From positions 96,735,244-96,793,408 of the forward strand of contig NC_068989.1 in NCBI RefSeq assembly GCF_001194135.2: a stretch of 58,165 nucleotides of DNA, written 5' to 3'. The translations under genes were made by a program, and so were the position numbers. Below the pieces are notes generated by a model. That model ran no database searches. It was not told the origin of the DNA and was given only the letters and a program-made list of their open reading frames with translations. The first letter of the stretch is position 1. Each line of letters opens with the position of its first letter. This stretch comes from Octopus bimaculoides. Taxonomy: Eukaryota. Shown in pieces: positions 1 through 11,654 of the stretch.

Positions 1-37
<37 letters not shown>
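1..37. repeat. (TG)n microsatellite
   Basis: Uninterrupted TG dinucleotide run from the window start. Confidence 0.98.
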
Positions 38-41
<4 letters not shown>

Positions 42-546
42 ATCTACAAATGTGGAATAGCTTGTAAAGAGGAGACAAAATCAATATAGATGTATTGGTA
101 AAAGTATTGAATCAAGAAAAAAGACGTGGAGAAATAAAAATAAGAAAACTAGCAGAGTCTAGGTCAAAGGCTAATGCCAACACAAAGTTACTCCATTGAT
201 CAGCTGTGGAATCTTTGCTTTGCACAAGTTTGTTGTATGTTTTTGAGATGTTTTTATTGGTTTCTCAGCTTTGGATTTGTCAAATTCTTGACTGGAAACG
301 GAAAAGGAACAATGAAGAATTTGGCCATTTTGTCATTTATAATATAACATTTTTCATGCCAGTTTTGTTTTCTTTTCTTCTTTCTTGTGTGATGGGAAAG
401 AAATCTATTTTAATGTTCTTTTATACTGTGGTGCATCTTGGTTGAAATATTTTCTGAGGTAACTGGCACAAACACACACACACGTATGAAATAACTTTAT
501 TTACTTGTTGTTCTTATGTTAACATACTTTTGAGGAAAGAGAATTT

Positions 547-660
547 GTAAATTGAAATGCCCCTAGTTTATGTGGGGTACTTATTTTATTAACTCAAGAA
601 AGATGAAAGAGACTCTGGCAGGATTTGAACTCAAAATCTTTGGGTCTCTGATACTCTCCC
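547..660 (-). mobile_element. Degenerate SINE family B fragment
   Basis: ggtacttattttattaac...gatgaaagag...ggatttgaactc matches the better copies at 4143-4325 and 36910-37110. Confidence 0.55.
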
Positions 661-830
661 ACTTTTGCCAATCAATCACCTTAATTAATAATGTTATAAA
701 TAATAAAATAATAAAAGATTAATTAATACAATCTCCTTGTCTTAACATTGGGCAATAGTATGCAAGCAAGCATGATTTGTGTCCAACTTTCCATGTAAAA
801 CAGGGAATTATCGCCTTGCTTGAATACTTG

Positions 831-968
831 CTGGAGCCTAGCAGCGGGAAGTTTAGACAGTGTCATGTGACAACTTGCTGGGGCTGCCTACTGGACCCTA
901 GCAGCGGGAAATTTAGACAGTGTCACATGACAACTTGCTGGGGCAGCCTGCTGGAGCCTAGCAGCAGG
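831..968. repeat. 60-bp tandem repeat, ~2.3 copies
   Basis: ctggagcctagcagcgggaagtttagacagtgtca... recurs at 831, 891 and (partially) 951 with few substitutions. Confidence 0.95.
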
Positions 969-975
969 TATAAAA
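969..975 (+). promoter_or_regulatory. TATA-box-like motif in LTR-like island
   Basis: TATAAAA immediately 3' of the tandem repeats, as in a U3 region. Function is inferred only. Confidence 0.3.
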
Positions 976-1234
976 AGGGGAATTTGACAAGACAATCAGT
1001 CGGACGCTGACACTCGTTGATGCTGCATCGAAGAGGCCAGGGAATAGAAGAAAGAAGACATGCACCCAACACCAGAGCTGAAGACACCTCCAAAAGGGGG
1101 GGGGCGCCACGTCAACACGGTAGAGGAGTAGGGACCGAAACCTGACGTGGTTCCTCCTGATGATGCCTTGAGCTAACTGGATCCTATAAAGAGCTGTTGT
1201 GGTAGCAGACCACGAAACATGGTTGAAATTCCTC

Positions 1235-1320
1235 CTGGGTAAGCAACAAGAAAGGCATCGAGCCATAGAAAATTTGTCTTAACAAATGCCACTTGACCTA
1301 TGCAAGCATGGAAAAGTGGA

Positions 1321-1354
<34 letters not shown>

Positions 1355-1385
1355 GGTGGTGGTGGCGGCAGTGGTGGTGATGATG
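1235..1385 (+). mobile_element. RTE-LINE 3'-end-related repeat with (GAT)n/(GGT)n tail
   Basis: aaggcatcgagccatagaaa...gcaagcatggaaaagtggatgatgat resembles the 3' UTR of the RTE at 6475-8268. Confidence 0.6.
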
Positions 1386-1844
1386 AATAAATTTCTTTAA
1401 CATCCTCTCATCTTCACAAGAAGCAGACCACAGTCTAAGAGATACACTGTGCACTAAACACTGCTCAAATCCACTTTTGCTATTTGTCCTTCTCCATGGT
1501 ATGGTTAGTAAATTCACTAAAGCTACGCATTGCATCCTTTTGTCTTCACAAGAATGAGACCATCACCGAAAGTGTGTTGTGCACAAACACTGGTTTCCAC
1601 TTCACTTTCACCATTGGTCCTTAGTCAACACACTGCATCTGGTTTGGTCATTATTCTTTGTCCATCACGTGTCCTTCACAAAACTCTACTAACTTGACCA
1701 GGCTTTGCAGCTTGATTCTCACGTCCAGCAACACATACAATCCTCTCAATGCAAAAGAACATTTTTCAATGCAATAGTCTGCACTCCTACAATTAACCTT
1801 TCTTTAATTGGTATTTATTAATAATGAAAATATTTATAATGACA

Positions 1845-2005
1845 GGCACAGACATGGCTGTGTGGATATGGAGTTTGCTTCATAGCTACATGGTTTGGGG
1901 TCCCATCTCACTTCTTGACACCTTGGGTAAGCATCTTGTACTATAGCCTCAGGTCAATCAATACCTTGGTAGTGGAAGTCATAGATGGAAACTAGAAGTG
2001 GTTGT
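1845..2005 (+). mobile_element. SINE family A, 5' (tRNA-like) half, degenerate
   Basis: catggctgtgtgg...caccttgggtaag...ctatagcctcagg...gatggaaact aligns with the intact copy at 53178-53590. Confidence 0.75.
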
Positions 2006-2336
2006 ATTAACCTCATACAGGGATGGTGACATCCAAGGGAATACTGGTTTGATACCTGGTATTATTTGGGAATGAAATTCCCTTAAAATAATTGCTATAT
2101 ATTAAGCCTATTAGTTCATATCCTATTAAATGAAGACAATAAAATGGAGAGTTGAAAGTTAATGATTATTTATTTATCAACAAGTTGGTAATCAGACTCA
2201 GTTGAATGCACAAATTTGTATTTTAATTATTGAGTATTAATGAAAACGGCTGTAAGAAGTAAAGATTACCAATTTGTTAATAATAAATGATTAACTTTCA
2301 ACTCTATATTTTCTTTTCTCCATTTAACTGGATATG

Positions 2337-2339
<3 letters not shown>

Positions 2340-2381
<42 letters not shown>

Positions 2382-2388
2382 TATATAT
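2340..2388. repeat. (TA)n microsatellite
   Basis: Direct inspection. Confidence 0.97.
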
Positions 2389-2510
2389 GTACACACCAGA
2401 GTAAGCACATAAATGTGAAACAAGGTGAGAAAAATAGTACTCAAATACTGGAGGTAGAGTAATATGCTTTATTATTAAAGCTGAAAAACCATTACAAAAA
2501 TATCACAAAA

Positions 2511-2550
2511 AACTGCTACTCAGAGTTTCACGTTCTTGTTTGTCAGGAAA
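2511..2550 (-). ncRNA. Degenerate minimal hammerhead motif (inverted copy)
   Basis: Minus strand reads CTGACAA-ACAAGAACGT-GAAAC-TCTGAG-TA-GCAG, with a G8 substitution and one stem II mismatch. Confidence 0.4.
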
Positions 2551-2571
2551 TTGTAATTACGATTCTTGATC

Positions 2572-2613
2572 ACAACTACCCAATGAACAGGAATGTGAAA
2601 CTCTGAGTAACAG
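2572..2613 (+). ncRNA. Degenerate minimal type-I hammerhead ribozyme motif
   Basis: CCAATGA (vs CUGANGA), stem II ACA-GGAA-TGT, GAAAC, short stem III ACTC-t-GAGT, GUA cleavage triplet. Core and stem I are mutated. Confidence 0.4.
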
Positions 2614-2855
2614 AGTTTTGTGATAGTTTTGCAGCTTTAATAATAATAATAATAATAATAATATATATATATAATTCGTTTTTCTTAGAATGGTATATGT
2701 CAAAGCCAAGCACATACATAAAGCCATAAATCCCTTTGAAAATCCCTTTTGGACATAAAAATGTTGATTATTTATAGTTCAATATATTTGCTTTGAAATA
2801 TACCATTCCAAAAAGAATTATTTCCTGTTCTCTCAAAAGTTTACCAAATTCTTCT

Positions 2856-2960
2856 GATATCAACAATACAGTTATAGATATAAAGATATCAACAATAGAT
2901 ATAAAGATATCAACAATAGATATAAAGATATCAACAATACAGTTATAGATATAAAGATAC
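2856..2960. repeat. Minisatellite of 29-bp and 21-bp units in order A-B-B-A
   Basis: A = gatatcaacaatacagttatagatataaa (2856, 2927); B = gatatcaacaatagatataaa (2885, 2906). Confidence 0.95.
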
Positions 2961-2962
2961 AT

Positions 2963-3723
2963 CTTTTACTCTTTTACTCTTTTATTTATTTCAGTCATGT
3001 GACTGTGGCCATGCTGGAGCATCACCTTTAGTCAAACAAATCAACCCCAGAATTTATTCTTTGTAAGCCTAGTACTTATTTTATCAGTCTCTTTTGCCAA
3101 ACTGCTAAGTTACAGGGACGCAGACACACCAAGATCAGTTGTCAAACGACGGAGGGGGAACAAACACAGACATACAAACATATATATTTAAGTAGCTTGC
3201 TTACCAATCACATGGTTCCGAGTTCAGTCCCACTGCATAGCACCTTGGGCAAGTGTCTTCTGCTATAGCCTTGGGCCGACCAAAGCTTTGTGAGTGGATT
3301 TGGTAGACGGAAACTGAAAGAAGTCCATCATATAAATATATATGTGTGTGTGCATGTGTATGTGTTTGTGTTTGTCCCACTCCCCCACTATCACTTGACA
3401 ACTGATGCTGGTGTGTCCCTGTAACTTAGTGGTCCAGCAAAAGAGACCGATAGAATAAGTACTAGGCTTACAAAGAATAAGTCCTGGGGTCGATTTGCTC
3501 GACTAAAGGGGGTGCTCCAGCATGGTTGCAGTCAAATGACAAACAAATAAATAAAAGAATATGACGGGCTTCTTTCAGTTTCCATCTCCCAAATCCACTC
3601 ACAAGGCTTTAGTTGGCCTGATGCTATACCAGATGACACTTGCTCAAGGTGCCATGCAGTGGGACTGAACCTGGAACCATGTGGTTGGTAGCAAGCTACT
3701 TACCACAAAGCCACTCCTGCACC
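2963..3723 (-). mobile_element. SINE family A, interrupted (3' half 2963-3183, 5' half 3561-3723)
   Basis: The two halves are colinear with the uninterrupted minus copy at 53178-53590. Confidence 0.85.
3189..3560 (+). mobile_element. SINE family A, slightly 5'-truncated, nested in the opposite-strand copy
   Basis: taagtagcttgcttacc...B-box-like gagttcagtccc...central (TG/TA)n...gcagtcaaatgac...aaaagaat. Confidence 0.9.
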
Positions 3724-4142
3724 TGTAATATATATATATATATATCATCATCATCATCATCTTTTAACACCCATTGTGTGTGTGTGTACGTTTTTGTGAA
3801 ATACCATCTTAAAGTGGTGATCTTACGGTTCCATTCCCTGTAGACCAATACACCCTATTTTTCTGCACTTTCCACGAGCAGTCTTTAAAAACAAATAAGG
3901 GTTGGCAACAGGAAGGACAACTGATCATGACATAAAAGCTCAGTTAAATCTCTATCTGGTCAACACTTGTGTGGACCAGATGGACAGAAAACAAAGAAAT
4001 AATTGAAAGATTATGTCAAAACTATTACAAAACTGAAATTATTTAATAAATCCTAAAATATCAATATTGTATTAATAGCAATTGTTTGTTTCTTACTGTT
4101 TTGGAGAACTAACAGGAATATAATGATATTGTTTTTGTGATT

Positions 4143-4325
4143 CAGGCAGAAGGCCATCGATTTTGAGGGGAAGGGGTTAGCCAATATCTCTAATTCAAGC
4201 ATTTGTAGTTTATTTTATTGACCTTGAAGGGATGAAAAGCAAAGCTGACCTCAGTGGGATATGAACTCAGAATATAACTAAAATAAATGCCATAAAACAT
4301 TCCTTTCTGACATTCTAACAATTCT
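4143..4325 (-). mobile_element. SINE family B
   Basis: ttattgaccttgaagggatgaaaagcaaagctgacctcagtgggatatgaactcagaa; B-box-like sequence on the minus strand. Confidence 0.65.
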
Positions 4326-4452
4326 TCTAATCCCCCCCCCACCGCCCCCTATTCATACTAATATTGAAATACATTTTATAATCTCATTTGCTTGTGTTCA
4401 TTTTTTTACTTTTTCTTTTATTGATTATGATACATTTATATTTTATGGCTGA

Positions 4453-4501
<49 letters not shown>

Positions 4502-4739
4502 TTATATATATTTATATATTTATATATATACGACCGTCTTAACAATGAGTGTTATTGATTGTCATAAATATATGTCTTATTGTGTATAGAACTGAAAGTT
4601 TTGTCCCAAATGTTTCAGGAATCTGAGATCATGACCCAAATTCTCTTCTCAAGCCATTTCGCAGGCAGAAATGCCTTGAAGAAAAACATAATTACCGCAC
4701 ACCAATCTGTTATTACTTTCTCTCTCTCTTTTGCTATAT

Positions 4740-5560
4740 TCTTAACTCAACTTCTCTTCCTCCCACCCTACACAGACCAAACTGTCCTTCACTTCTCCCA
4801 GTTCCTCCATCACCATCACCTCTGTAGTGATGGCCATGATTTCAAGATAGTCCCAACTCAAGGCTTGCCACTTTACCCGACAGAGATACGCCCCCCCCCA
4901 CCACCACCACCACCATCATCACCACTGCTATTCAAGCTGTACTTGCTTGTACTTTGATCACCCATCAGCCTTACCTACTCTGTCTCTACCCTACCCCTCC
5001 AACACATTGTTTTTACGTGCTTTCCATCAACTTCAATTCAACCTCCCCACCTCCTGCATCTTCCTTTAAATGCACCTACTACCTACATGGCCTACTGAAC
5101 TGTATCTCTTTCCCTACTCAACCTGTTTCTTTTCCTTGCTCTTGCTCATCCTGTTGCACCTGTCGCTTCATCCCTAACTCCCCTCAGCCACTTCTTCCAT
5201 GTCACTGATTCTTTCACTTGCACCTCCAGTTATCTGATCTACTACATCCCCTTCTCTCTCTCTCTCTGCCCCTCTCCATACGTTGGACAAACTGATTAGT
5301 GCTTGGGTGATTTGTTGTTTTAAATTTTTTTTCAGACATCAAACTTGGTATTGACACCCCAATCTTGTAATATCTCTGCTGCTCAGCTAGTCATTCCCTG
5401 CAACATTTGCAGACTATGTTCAGACTGCTTTTGCACAGGGACCACTTGGGCTCCTGACTCTGTTTGGAGCAAGAATTAATTATCTCTCCAGATTTCAGTC
5501 TTTCATGATATAAATTCTCCACCCCTTTTCCTTTAAATCCCTCTGTCACCAGCCTACACC
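4740..5560 (+). mobile_element. Highly decayed Penelope-like element (RT thumb + GIY-YIG endonuclease relic)
   Basis: Manual translation gives SQFLHHHHLCSDGHDF (cf. SQFLRLRRLCSD), FPCSCSSCCTCRFI (Cys knuckle), FTCTSSYLIYYIP...CPSPYVGQT in one frame (5213-5293), SDIKLGIDTP and EQELI...DIN, in the expected PLE order. Confidence 0.75.
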
Positions 5561-5619
5561 CCCCACTTACATTCCCACTGTTTCCTGAAATTCTACTCTA
5601 CACCCATCCACACTACACC

Positions 5620-6200
5620 ATTGAACTCATTACCCATCACCACACACGCACCAACATGTTCAGACAGCATATACAGACACACTTTTTTCCGACCTTACAC
5701 ACACACTTCCATTCCAGTCCTCAGTGTAACCCATCTTCTCACATACAGTGCCAAGTATATGATAATACCCCTACACTTCTCAGCACTTACTACTTTTCTT
5801 GCCTCTATTCCAAATGACACCTCTATCCAGTATGACACACACATAACATTCTCATACGTATGCACAGACAGAAAACAGCACACATACATATGCATGTACA
5901 CTTTACATTAGTACAAGCAGACATACTAGATATGCACACTATAGCTTCATATGCACACAAGCTCTTACACATGCGTACATATCAGATCACCTCATACATA
6001 CGCACACACAGAAACAGGAAAAGGGACACGCACATGCACATGCACTATGGACAAACGTATATGCACACGTACACATGTGCATGCATATGCACACCCATCT
6101 GATTAACCTCACACACACACACACACACATAAACAGAAACAAGGACACACACATAGACATGCACAAACACACAGTAACTTCATACACACACACATTCATA
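5620..6200. repeat. CA-rich low-complexity tract
   Basis: Imperfect (CA)n/CATG/CATA runs; source of the H/T/M-rich spurious ORFs. Confidence 0.7.
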
Positions 6201-6474
6201 GTTGTCTCCGTTGTCACCTATGCCTGAAGATACTCCTCACAGTTCTCTCCCTTGCCACTCACACCTCTAGCAACCTCTTCCTGCTTCTGGTCATTTCAGC
6301 ATGAACTGACCATCCTACTTTTCTTCTTTTCTCTCTCCACAATTTCTCTCCTCATCTGTTCTTTTTGTAGAAGAGAATATGCTCTAAAAGACAGTTTCTT
6401 CTATCCTCTGGATTTTAAAAACTCATTTTCATGTTATTTATAAGTTTTGCACAATATATATATATATGTATATA

Positions 6475-8268
6475 TCATCGTCATCATTTAACGTCCGTTC
6501 TCCATGCTGGCATGGGTTGGACAGTTTGACTGGGCTGGCATGCTGGAAGGCTGCAGCAAGCTCCAGTCTGATTTGGTTTGGTTTTCTATGGCTGGGTGCC
6601 CTTCCTAACACCAACCACTCTGAGAGTGTAATGGGTGCTTTTGCGTGCCACTGGCACAGGTGCCATTTGCCTGACACCAGTATCTGCCATGACTGTGATT
6701 TTGCTCGGCTTGGTGGGTCTTCTTCTCAAGCATGACATAATGCCAAAGGTCTTGGTCATTGCTTTTGCATGGCACAACTCTTGTAAGGAACACGGCCACT
6801 TTGCCTCCATGAGGCCCAACATTCAAAGGTTCATTTTTTACGTGCCACCAGCATGGGTGCACTTGGTTTGACAGATTCTCTTAAGCAGAGCACATCGCAA
6901 AAGGTCTCGGTCACTAGTCATCGCTTCTGTTAGGTTCAAAGTTCGAAGATCACACTTCACCACCTCGTCCCATGTCTTCCTGGGTCTACCTCTACCACAT
7001 GTTCCCTCCACAGTTAGAGATCGGCACTTCTTTTCACAGCTCTGCTCATCCATATGCATCACGTGACCATACCAGTGCAGTTGTCTTTCTTGCACATCAC
7101 ATTTGTTGCCTTTTATGCCTAACTTTTCTCTCAAGATGCTTACATTCTGTTGAACATACACAGTTGCATTGCACATCCAGTGAAGCATACTGACTTCATT
7201 TCTCTCAAGCCTATACATGTCCTCGGTGGTCACAGCCCATATTTCACTGCTATGCAGCATAGCTATTCATACAAAGGTATCAAACAATCTGCCTTTCACT
7301 CTGAGAGAGAGGCCCTTTGTTGCCAGCAGGGGTAGGAATTCTCTGAACTTTGCCCAACCTAATCTTATTCTCACAGCTACGCTCTCGGAGCATCCACTTC
7401 TACTACTAGCCTGGTCGCCTAGATATCAGAAGCCATCTACAACCTCTAGCTTGTCCCCCTGGCAGTTGATGAAGTCTATTTTCTGCACATGTTCAGCATC
7501 TGTTATGCCTGTGTACCTTCCACATACAAAAGTTAGTTTCTCTGTTAACCTTCCTCTGATATTGCTGCATCTTTTGTGTGTCCAAAACTTACACCAGGTG
7601 CATCTTATGGAGTTTCTACCTACAACTTTTCTACAGATTGATCAGGGCCATCTACCTGAGGGGATTTGTGATTTGTCTGCCTTCCTACTTACTATGACTT
7701 TGGTTTTTGCTAGGTTAACTCTAAGGCCCTTTGATTCTAGACCTTGTTTCAGCACCTGGAACTTCTTCTCTAGCTCAGATAGTTATTCAGGTATAAGAGC
7801 CAGGTCATCAGCATAGAGGAGCTCCCAGGGGCAGCCTGTCTTGAATTCCTCTGTTATTGCCTGGGGGACTATGATGAACAAGAGCACTGATCCTTGGTGA
7901 ACCCCTACTTGTACCCTGAATTCTTTGTGTACTCATTGCTCACTCTCACCTTACTGGTAGCCTCCCTGTACATGGTTTGTACAGCTCTCGCCAACCACTC
8001 ATCTATCCCCAGTTTCTGCATTGATCACCAGATAAGGGATCGGGGGGACCCTGTCAAAGGCTTTCTCCAAGTCAGCAAAAGCCAAATACAGAGGTTTATC
8101 TTTGGCTGGGTATTTCTCCTGCAGTTGTCTTACTAGAAATATGGCATCAGTAGCGCTTCTACCTGGCACAAAACCAAACTGCATTTCATCTAGACTAACT
8201 CTCTCCCTGATTAGTCGGGCTATGACTCTCTCCGCAATACACACACACATGCGCACACCCATGCATGC
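6475..8268 (-). mobile_element. 5'-truncated RTE-clade LINE (RT C-terminal half + 3' UTR + (GAT)n tail), disrupted
   Basis: QFGFVPGRSATDAIFLVRQLQEKY...DLEKAFDRV (7999-8268), WELLYADDLAL (~7800-7835), LHWYGHVMHM...GRGRPRKTW (6838-7260). Frameshifts are present; both ends lie in microsatellites. Confidence 0.95.
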
Positions 8269-9024
8269 ACGCGCGCACGCACACACAATTCATTCTCCTG
8301 CTATTCTGAGTTTCTTGCTTTGTGTATTCGCTCAGACACCCAAAATGTCTTGTTACTTAAATGAATGCACAGAGAATTATAAAACATAAGCTCTAATAAT
8401 CGTTTGTGCGTGTGTTTTGGAACAGTAGTTTTTTTCATTTTAATTATTGTATTTGAGAATATAAGCTATAATTAGTTATGATCAGTGTTCTCCCAATGCC
8501 ATGTATCTGTGCAAGTGCACATTTTGCAGCTAGAAGTTTCACAGAACATAATTTCTGCAAACCTCCAAAGCAAAGTGTTATAGAGAACATTAGTTATGAC
8601 TTGTTACAAATGAAGAGTCACAGAATCTACCTGGAGTATAGAAACTATGTTCAGGAATTTCTTTCCAAATATATTTAGTTTCCTTCGTCAGCTGTCTTCC
8701 TGGTGTTACTTGCTTCTTATTTAATAATCTCTTTAAATATCTCCATCTTTGGCTCTGTGATTAGGGATCTTCACATTGCAACCAACCATGAGCCATGTTC
8801 TTCTGAATTCAATTCCACACTTGTGTTTTCAACTGACTAATGCTTTTTGATTGGAATTTATTTGTCTAAAGAAACTACAAAGATGAAAATCTCCATTGTT
8901 TTCAATATCAAGTATTCTAGTTGTTTGATTAACTGATAAGCTGACTAATGGAATTATACTGTAACTAGCTAAGCCATAAAAGCTGGAGAAAGTTCAAGAA
9001 TTTATTACTTCTACTTGGTAACTA

Positions 9025-9140
9025 AAAGTTTTCCTCTCAATGAAAGGCAGATCGTATGATGTTTGTGTATGAACTGCAATGCTTTGGTGAAATGTGAGTC
9101 TCAAATGTAGAGGACTTGTGGAAACTAGAAAGAAATAATG
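9025..9140 (+). mobile_element. Short RTE ORF fragment
   Basis: PLSMKGRSYDVCV...VEDLWKLERNN-like translation, homologous to 10682-10810. Confidence 0.5.
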
Positions 9141-10296
9141 TTGGCATACTCTAGTGGATATGCAATGTCAGCATGCATGAACAGCCAAGCGCAAATATGT
9201 TGAGAGAAAAACTAGGTATAAGAATAATTAGATAGTAATGGCTAATCTTAAGATTTTGAGCCATATGCACTAAACTACAAAGAACTGAGATGATTGCAGT
9301 GCTTGGGGAAATCTGTCCATCCTGACAAAACTGATGTACTGAAAGCATAATGTGTATACACACAACTGGACCTGTCACTGAACTTGTCCTTATTAAGCCT
9401 TCCTCATCATCCCTATTACCTATCCTTCAGTTACTCTCCTAACTATCACAGTATTCTGCTGTTGCTTCTGAAATTAAATGAGAACAGTGCTGTGTATTCT
9501 ATCGTTCTTTTCTGTGCTACTAGTTTTCTCTCCCTGTGACATCTATCCGCCATTTTAGTATCATCCCTCTCACTCGTATGTTCCATTGCTCACCCTTTCC
9601 TTGCTACCAGTTATCTCTCCCTCTGCCCTGAGCCACTTCCTATTCACTTATCCTTATGTACCTCTAACCAAATCCACACTTTACATCTTTCACTTCCTCC
9701 ACAGTATTACAAACTAAATAAACACTGCCCCCCCCCCATCATCTCTCTTCCTCTCATCCTTTCATTGTCTGCTGTATTATTCTAATGCCCTTCATTCTTT
9801 CTGTACTGCTAATCATCACTTCTTCTTTCTTACCTTCCCTAAAACTCATATTTAGCACTGACCCTTGCTCACCATTCACTACATTCACACCTATCCCTAC
9901 CTCTGTCTCTAACCATCCCTCACTCTCCCCATACACTCTAAACACTCACTCTTCTTAATTCTGTCTCTGTCTGGTAACTTAAGGGCTCTGATACCTTGTC
10001 TTTATCTCTCTTTCCAACTCCATCCTGCTCACTCCCACCGACTCATATATCAGGTGAGGTAGCCAATTATTGCAAGTATAGCAAGAAACCTAACATAAAG
10101 ATACCATTTTATTTCCTATGCTACCATTCAGTGAAGGGGTTTCTTGACATGGGGTTTCAGACGTGAGTGTGTGTGTGACACTATTGTTTGCATGTATGAG
10201 CAAGTGTGTATGTTTGTATGTCCTGTTTTCAGTTGTGTGTATGAGGTCCACCTAATAAAGTGTGTGTGTATGAAGCCAATATGTGTGTGTGTATAC

Positions 10297-10681
10297 NNNN
10301 NNNNNNNNNNNNNNNNNNNNNNNNNNNNNNNNNNNNNNNNNNNNNNNNNNNNNNNNNNNNNNNNNNNNNNNNNNNNNNNNNNNNNNNNNNNNNNNNNNNN
10401 NNNNNNNNNNNNNNNNNNNNNNNNNNNNNNNNNNNNNNNNNNNNNNNNNNNNNNNNNNNNNNNNNNNNNNNNNNNNNNNNNNNNNNNNNNNNNNNNNNNN
10501 NNNNNNNNNNNNNNNNNNNNNNNNNNNNNNNNNNNNNNNNNNNNNNNNNNNNNNNNNNNNNNNNNNNNNNNNNNNNNNNNNNNNNNNNNNNNNNNNNNNN
10601 NNNNNNNNNNNNNNNNNNNNNNNNNNNNNNNNNNNNNNNNNNNNNNNNNNNNNNNNNNNNNNNNNNNNNNNNNNNNNNNNN
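10297..10681. other. Assembly gap
   Basis: N run. Confidence 1.
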
Positions 10682-11150
10682 AACAAAGATCTTTCCCTAA
10701 GAGTAAAGGGCAGACTGTATGATGTTTGTGTTAGAATTGCAATGCTACATAATAGTGAAACATAGGCATTCAAATGCAGAGGACCTGAGAAAGCTGGAAA
10801 GAAATGAAACAAGCCATGCCCCACTAGATGTGCAATGTAAGTGTGCATGAAAGAATTAGTTCAAAGGTGCTGAGTGAAAAAAGAAGAAAAACTGGGCATT
10901 AGAGGAATCAGTTGTTATCTGCAAGAAAGAAGACGACACTGGGATGGACATGTGATGCATCTGAATGAGGGCAGCCGTATAAAGAAATGTCGATTGCTAA
11001 ATGTGGGCTGGAACTTGCAGAAAAGGGAGACCCAGGAAGACATGGAATGAAGTAGTTAAGGCTGACCTCTGCACTCTGAGTCTGACGTAGGAGATGACAA
11101 ATAACTGGGATCTCTGGTGATATGAGCTTCTCAAAGAAAGCTACCCTTGT
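10682..11150 (+). mobile_element. RTE LINE ORF C-terminal fragment
   Basis: LSLRVKGRLYDVCVRIAMLHNSET...KLGIRGI...HWDGHVM...GRPRKTWNEVVKADL, with stops and frameshifts. Confidence 0.9.
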
Positions 11151-11654
11151 CAATGAAACTGAGTTTTGACAGGACTATGTATTTTGCTCACCATCCATGT
11201 TACAGTGACTCATCTCCCCTCAGCTCACACAGACTATGAAACCATGTCATCCTTCTCTCTTGTCCTCCTTCCTGACAATTGTATCATCTTTGCTGGGGCT
11301 CCTACTTGCCGCCACTTCCTTTTCTGCATCTTTCTATCACACCCAACTCATAGCTTTTTGCTCATTCACCTCTCAACTCTATCCATTTTGGCAGTCTGCC
11401 TCCTCATCCTCTCATTCTTCTCATCCAATCTTGCACCTTGTACCTTGTGGGGGGGGGGCATCTAGACACCACATTGCCATTAACTATTTCTTGTAGCTCT
11501 TATTGTTCATTTTCCCCTCTTCCTCTAATAGACGTGAGTAGCCATGCAGATCCTCTGCAAAAATCTGCACTGTCCCCCACCACCACCACCTCATAGTTCA
11601 GTCCCTTCCCCCCTAGCATGAAGCAGACCCCCTTATACCAAAGTTTATAATTCT

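Larger units (their letters stand above)
794..1219 (+). mobile_element. Possible solo LTR / LTR-like insert
   Basis: GC-richer island starting TGT (794) and ending ACA (1219), followed by TGG. It holds 60-bp tandem repeats, a TATAAAA at 969 and a TATAAA-like motif ~30 bp before the end. No TSD found. Confidence 0.35.
2405..2647. mobile_element. Penelope-like element terminal-repeat remnant forming an inverted repeat (arms ~2469-2547 and ~2579-2647)
   Basis: The arms are reverse complements (ttattattaaagctg...tactcagagtttcac.ttc.tgtt). 2410-2500 is homologous to 55820-55910, which lies next to the PLE ORF. Confidence 0.65.

Noticed and set aside
831-968. Regular repeats as a CRISPR-like array
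   Set aside because: Contiguous tandem units with no unique spacers; eukaryotic context; no cas genes.
1390-1790. Possible LINE coding fragment on the minus strand
   Set aside because: All frames heavily interrupted; no motif secure enough to assign.
9380-10060. Pyrimidine-rich tracts (also 11170-11460 and purine-rich 49020-49400) as a defined element
   Set aside because: Resemble decayed retroelement UTRs but I could not align them to each other or assign a family.
10144-10848. Long ORFs containing X runs (also 23264-24004, 27261-27730, 48037-48516, 56032-56429)
   Set aside because: Open only because they cross N gaps.
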